A stretch of DNA of 64,000 nucleotides from Phoronis australis (lineage: Eukaryota > Animalia > Phoronida). How positions within the stretch are numbered: the first letter of the stretch is position 1; each line of letters begins with the position of its first letter. The stretch covers positions 124,001 to 188,000 of the forward strand of contig NMRA01000642.1 in assembly GCA_002633005.1 (NCBI GenBank). The letters run 5' to 3'. Shown in pieces: positions 60,653 to 64,000 of the stretch. The notes under the pieces were generated by a model, which did no database searches, had not been told where the DNA came from, and saw only the letters and a program-made list of their open reading frames with translations. A program made the translations under genes and the position numbers.

Positions 60653-62544
60653 GCAGCATGAAGCAGTCATAGTAGGAATTCAACCAGGTTCCCTAAATCT
60701 ATTTCGCATTTTATTCAGATGCTGTATTCTCGCTAATCAAATATTCGTTATTAGGGGCAGTAGGTGGCACGCACACGCTGCACGTAGGATCAGTACACCA
60801 CCGTTATCGTTTTTAACGTACATGTAGCGTATACATGTACAAAACTGTATAGTAGGTTATCGTATAGCCGGTGTGACATACATTGTAGCCGCAGTAACGT
60901 AGGAGAGAGAAGGGCCGACGGTTCAACGGCCCCTGGCATTCACTATAAATATTTTGTTTGGATTTTATACTGATTTTAATTAAATTGAATTTAGTTTATA
61001 CTTCAAGTTCTAGTTTTGCTTAGTACTAGGGTCTATGCGTTTGAGTATAGAAAGGGCCATTCATTAAAAAAATTCCCGGACATCGCCGAATTTCTGGACG
61101 TTACTGTGTAGACAGCAGATATCCTTTTCAGTTTTCCCCTAGCGTACCGTAGTTTTGGCACGTTTGCAGGGCATAAAAACGTAGACGAAGTCGGTAATAT
61201 AACAGTAGGAGCTTAGCACTGGCTAATGAATACAGGTGCATGCTGCCTCGTGAGACTGCTTGAAAAGGTTGAAAAGGTTAACAAACCCAGTATACTGAAA
61301 ACCATTATATCTATGTTGACATTGTGGTTCCTTTGTGTTTCTGCTCCTCAAAACATGTACATGTACATTGGCGAGTTGTGATTATCTGTATCAAAATACA
61401 TCCGTGCGTCAAATTATAAGCATGCGAATTATCTTCAAAGTTCGTCGATTTCTGTGTGACGTCACTGTGCACACTACTACATGTAGATATAGTAATATTA
61501 GCTTTTCAACGTATTTGGTATTTGCGGGTTAACCGAATTTTGAAACAAACTTGACTACTACGTTTACCCTCTCAAACTACGAGGTCATATTGAAAAGCAT
61601 TGATGTCTTGAAAATAGTTTCCATCGCATCTCTCGTTCACAGTATTCAAAATAAGTCTGAAATCGTTGAGATTGCACACTTGGAACTAAGAAGTAGTTCC
61701 CTATGCCACTAAGATGTCGGTCTCTGGGTACATGATCTATTCATAATAAACAGTGCTTTTGTGTCGCAAAAGTTCCATAGCGCGTGCGTTTGACAATAAC
61801 ATTACCCTTTGGCAACCAGCCCAAACTTCATTGTGAGATTTAGTGCAGTGAAAGTACATGTGGGATTGGACAAAACTGTTCAGTTGTTCTGGCTTTCAAA
61901 GTAAGATTGATACCAATTGTTAAAGGGGTGTTTCTTGGAACCGAGTATTCCCCAAAGGTCAAAGCACTGGCACCGAGCTTTAGTATGTCTAAAAATGAAC
62001 TCCGCCGATTGATCGTTTGAATATGCCATACTGGTGAAATGTTATAGCGGAGCAAAGGAACCTAGTTGACTCCTTCAAATTCGTTACAAAAGATGAATGT
62101 CCGATTTGGAAACAAAATTGTGTATACCTACCTAGTTGCTTGAAGTTTTGTATCTATTTTGATTGTTTGTCCTTTATGTCTCTTGTTGTTTTGCTTCGTA
62201 ACTCCACGCCTGGAGATAGGGGATTGTATAGAGACTACGATCGAGTATATATTGATCTGTCTAATAAAAAGTGAAGTCGTGCCTTCAACCAAGTTTGTAT
62301 CAATGAAGGGCTGCTACTGAACTATATTGACCTGAAGGTCTAGTTATATATGCATTATGTAACGTCATACGTCGTACTGAAATTTGGCGTTATATTAAGA
62401 CAGATTCATCAACGTGGAAATAGTGAAACTAAACCTTGAGTTCATATTGCATGTTTGAGACAGCTCAGCTCAGAACAGTGTTATCCTCTGTGTATTTTAT
62501 TCCCATATTACCGGCTCTGATCACGAGTGGAAAAAGTTAAGACT

Positions 62545-62703
62545 GAGCGTGCATTCACTAGCGCTAGGAAATACGCTAGGACCTAGCAAAAATCTAACCA
62601 AACTTACGTGATTGCATTCAAAATACACGACACTACATGTATCTCACGTAGACCGCTCGAAGTCTTGCTTTTTGCGAGGTCCTAGCGTTACTGAACGAGA
62701 GGC
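62545..62703. mobile_element. MITE family 1, copy 3
   Basis: CGCTAGGACCTAGC...TCCTAGCGTTACTGAACG, homologous to 31042-31200. Confidence 0.75.
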
Positions 62704-63131
62704 AAGTCGTGGTTCCGTACGTGTTCACTTGTGTATGAGGCGGATATTCATATCTTGAGCGAAGCTAAACTCGAGTTGCAGACTGTAGCCTAACATTGTA
62801 TTCTGTGACGAGTATCAACCAAATGAAGTGGTTTGAGTTGCTTACATTTGTAGCCAGAGACATGTGACTGAAGGAGTCAAGTATTCACTCCTTTAATTAT
62901 GGGGCAAAGTATCCGAATATGCTGACAAGCTGAACATATTTTTACTTTCGCCGAGAGAATAAGAACGCACAAGGTGTCGGTGACTTGACCCGTTCCCAGT
63001 GCCGCCGCTTCCAATTCTGTAAAGAAAACTGAACGATTAATTGAGGTTACAGCCTTGGGTCACGTTCTTTCACTAAGTTTTTGTATACATTTTGTCAGCT
63101 CGTGGAAGCAAAGAAAAGAGCTGCTCACTGA

Positions 63132-63326
63132 TCAGTACACACGCTCCATGGCAACTGCGTGTTGTGCAAACTCGTGGTCCTTAGCAAATCGATGTTTTTC
63201 ATATGCTGTGTGCCTAGAACGCTTTACCAGTGTTACTGGGTCAAATGCGCCAGGTTCATATTTTACGAACGCCTCAAATAGTTGCACTGTACGCGAAATG
63301 TCGCTGCCATATTGTCCAGCTGACAT
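63132..63326 (-). CDS. Unassigned short ORF or terminal exon (64 aa)
   Basis: Protein-like composition and ACAATG start context; no recognised motif. Confidence 0.3.
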   Translation of the reverse strand: MSAGQYGSDISRTVQLFEAFVKYEPGAFDPVTLVKRSRHTAYEKHRFAKDHEFAQHAVAMERVY

Positions 63327-64000
63327 TGTGATTTTTTAATGTAAAGCGATGTTCCCTGGTACTTGTCTTTACATGTTACGTATTGAAATCAAAATGAAAA
63401 TAAAGAAAGAGCCGAGTACAATCAACAAACAAACACGTACATGTACATTTAGATGTGCACTGCCCTTATACAGTACTGCTTGTATACATGAACATAAACC
63501 ATTCAGTACATGTACATGTGCATCCGTGCATGTTTCGATCTAAGCAATAAAGCTGTCTAAGATCAGAAGTAAGGTCTGTAATGAATGTTACGTTGCTATG
63601 ACAACGAGGACTTTTACGAACAAAATAACTGAACATTCCTAAGATGCCAAAAGTGCCTTGTTGAATTATTCGATAGAATCAAACCATTCTATTGCTTCTG
63701 AATGACGTAAAGATTCTAGACCATGACATGAGTTCAACTAACGTGTTAACAGGTGGAGCCACTGAGCTACATGCTGAATACAGCTTGAATAGGAACATTG
63801 GGGCTTTCAACATTCGGTAGTTGATTCTTGAGTTCAGTTCATTGGTGTCTCTTTGTCACGTGTTTTATGCGCTTTGATGGAAAATTGCTTCATTGTGAAG
63901 TGTTGTGGAGCATGTCTCATACCTGATGATGATATAAGGTATTAGATCGAAACGTTGATCATGAACATGGTTATCATTTCCACAGTCAGCGTCCAATTAG

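Overview
Repeat-rich eukaryotic genomic DNA: AT-rich, with GT-AG introns, one N-gap and a strongly over-represented TACATGTA palindrome. An animal, probably a marine invertebrate, is my inference from the transposon repertoire. The left half holds one large minus-strand gene that I assembled by hand from 20 phase-consistent exons (27468 down to 511; 3963 nt, about 1320 aa, start exon unresolved). It encodes a bacterial-style multidomain enzyme: a ChoD/cholesterol-oxidase-like GMC flavoprotein carrying a CxxCxxCxxGC cluster, a linker domain, an alpha/beta-hydrolase with a Cys nucleophile (CHCMG ... GYGHLD), and a short unassigned C-terminal tail. Two of its exons occur twice around the assembly gap, most likely as uncollapsed haplotypes. 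The rest of the window is mostly transposon debris: a Harbinger relic, a Sola3 relic, a solo LTR, nested RNase H-bearing and CR1/L2-type LINE fragments, two THAP relics, several MITE families and minisatellites. There are also a few unassigned short ORFs near the right end.
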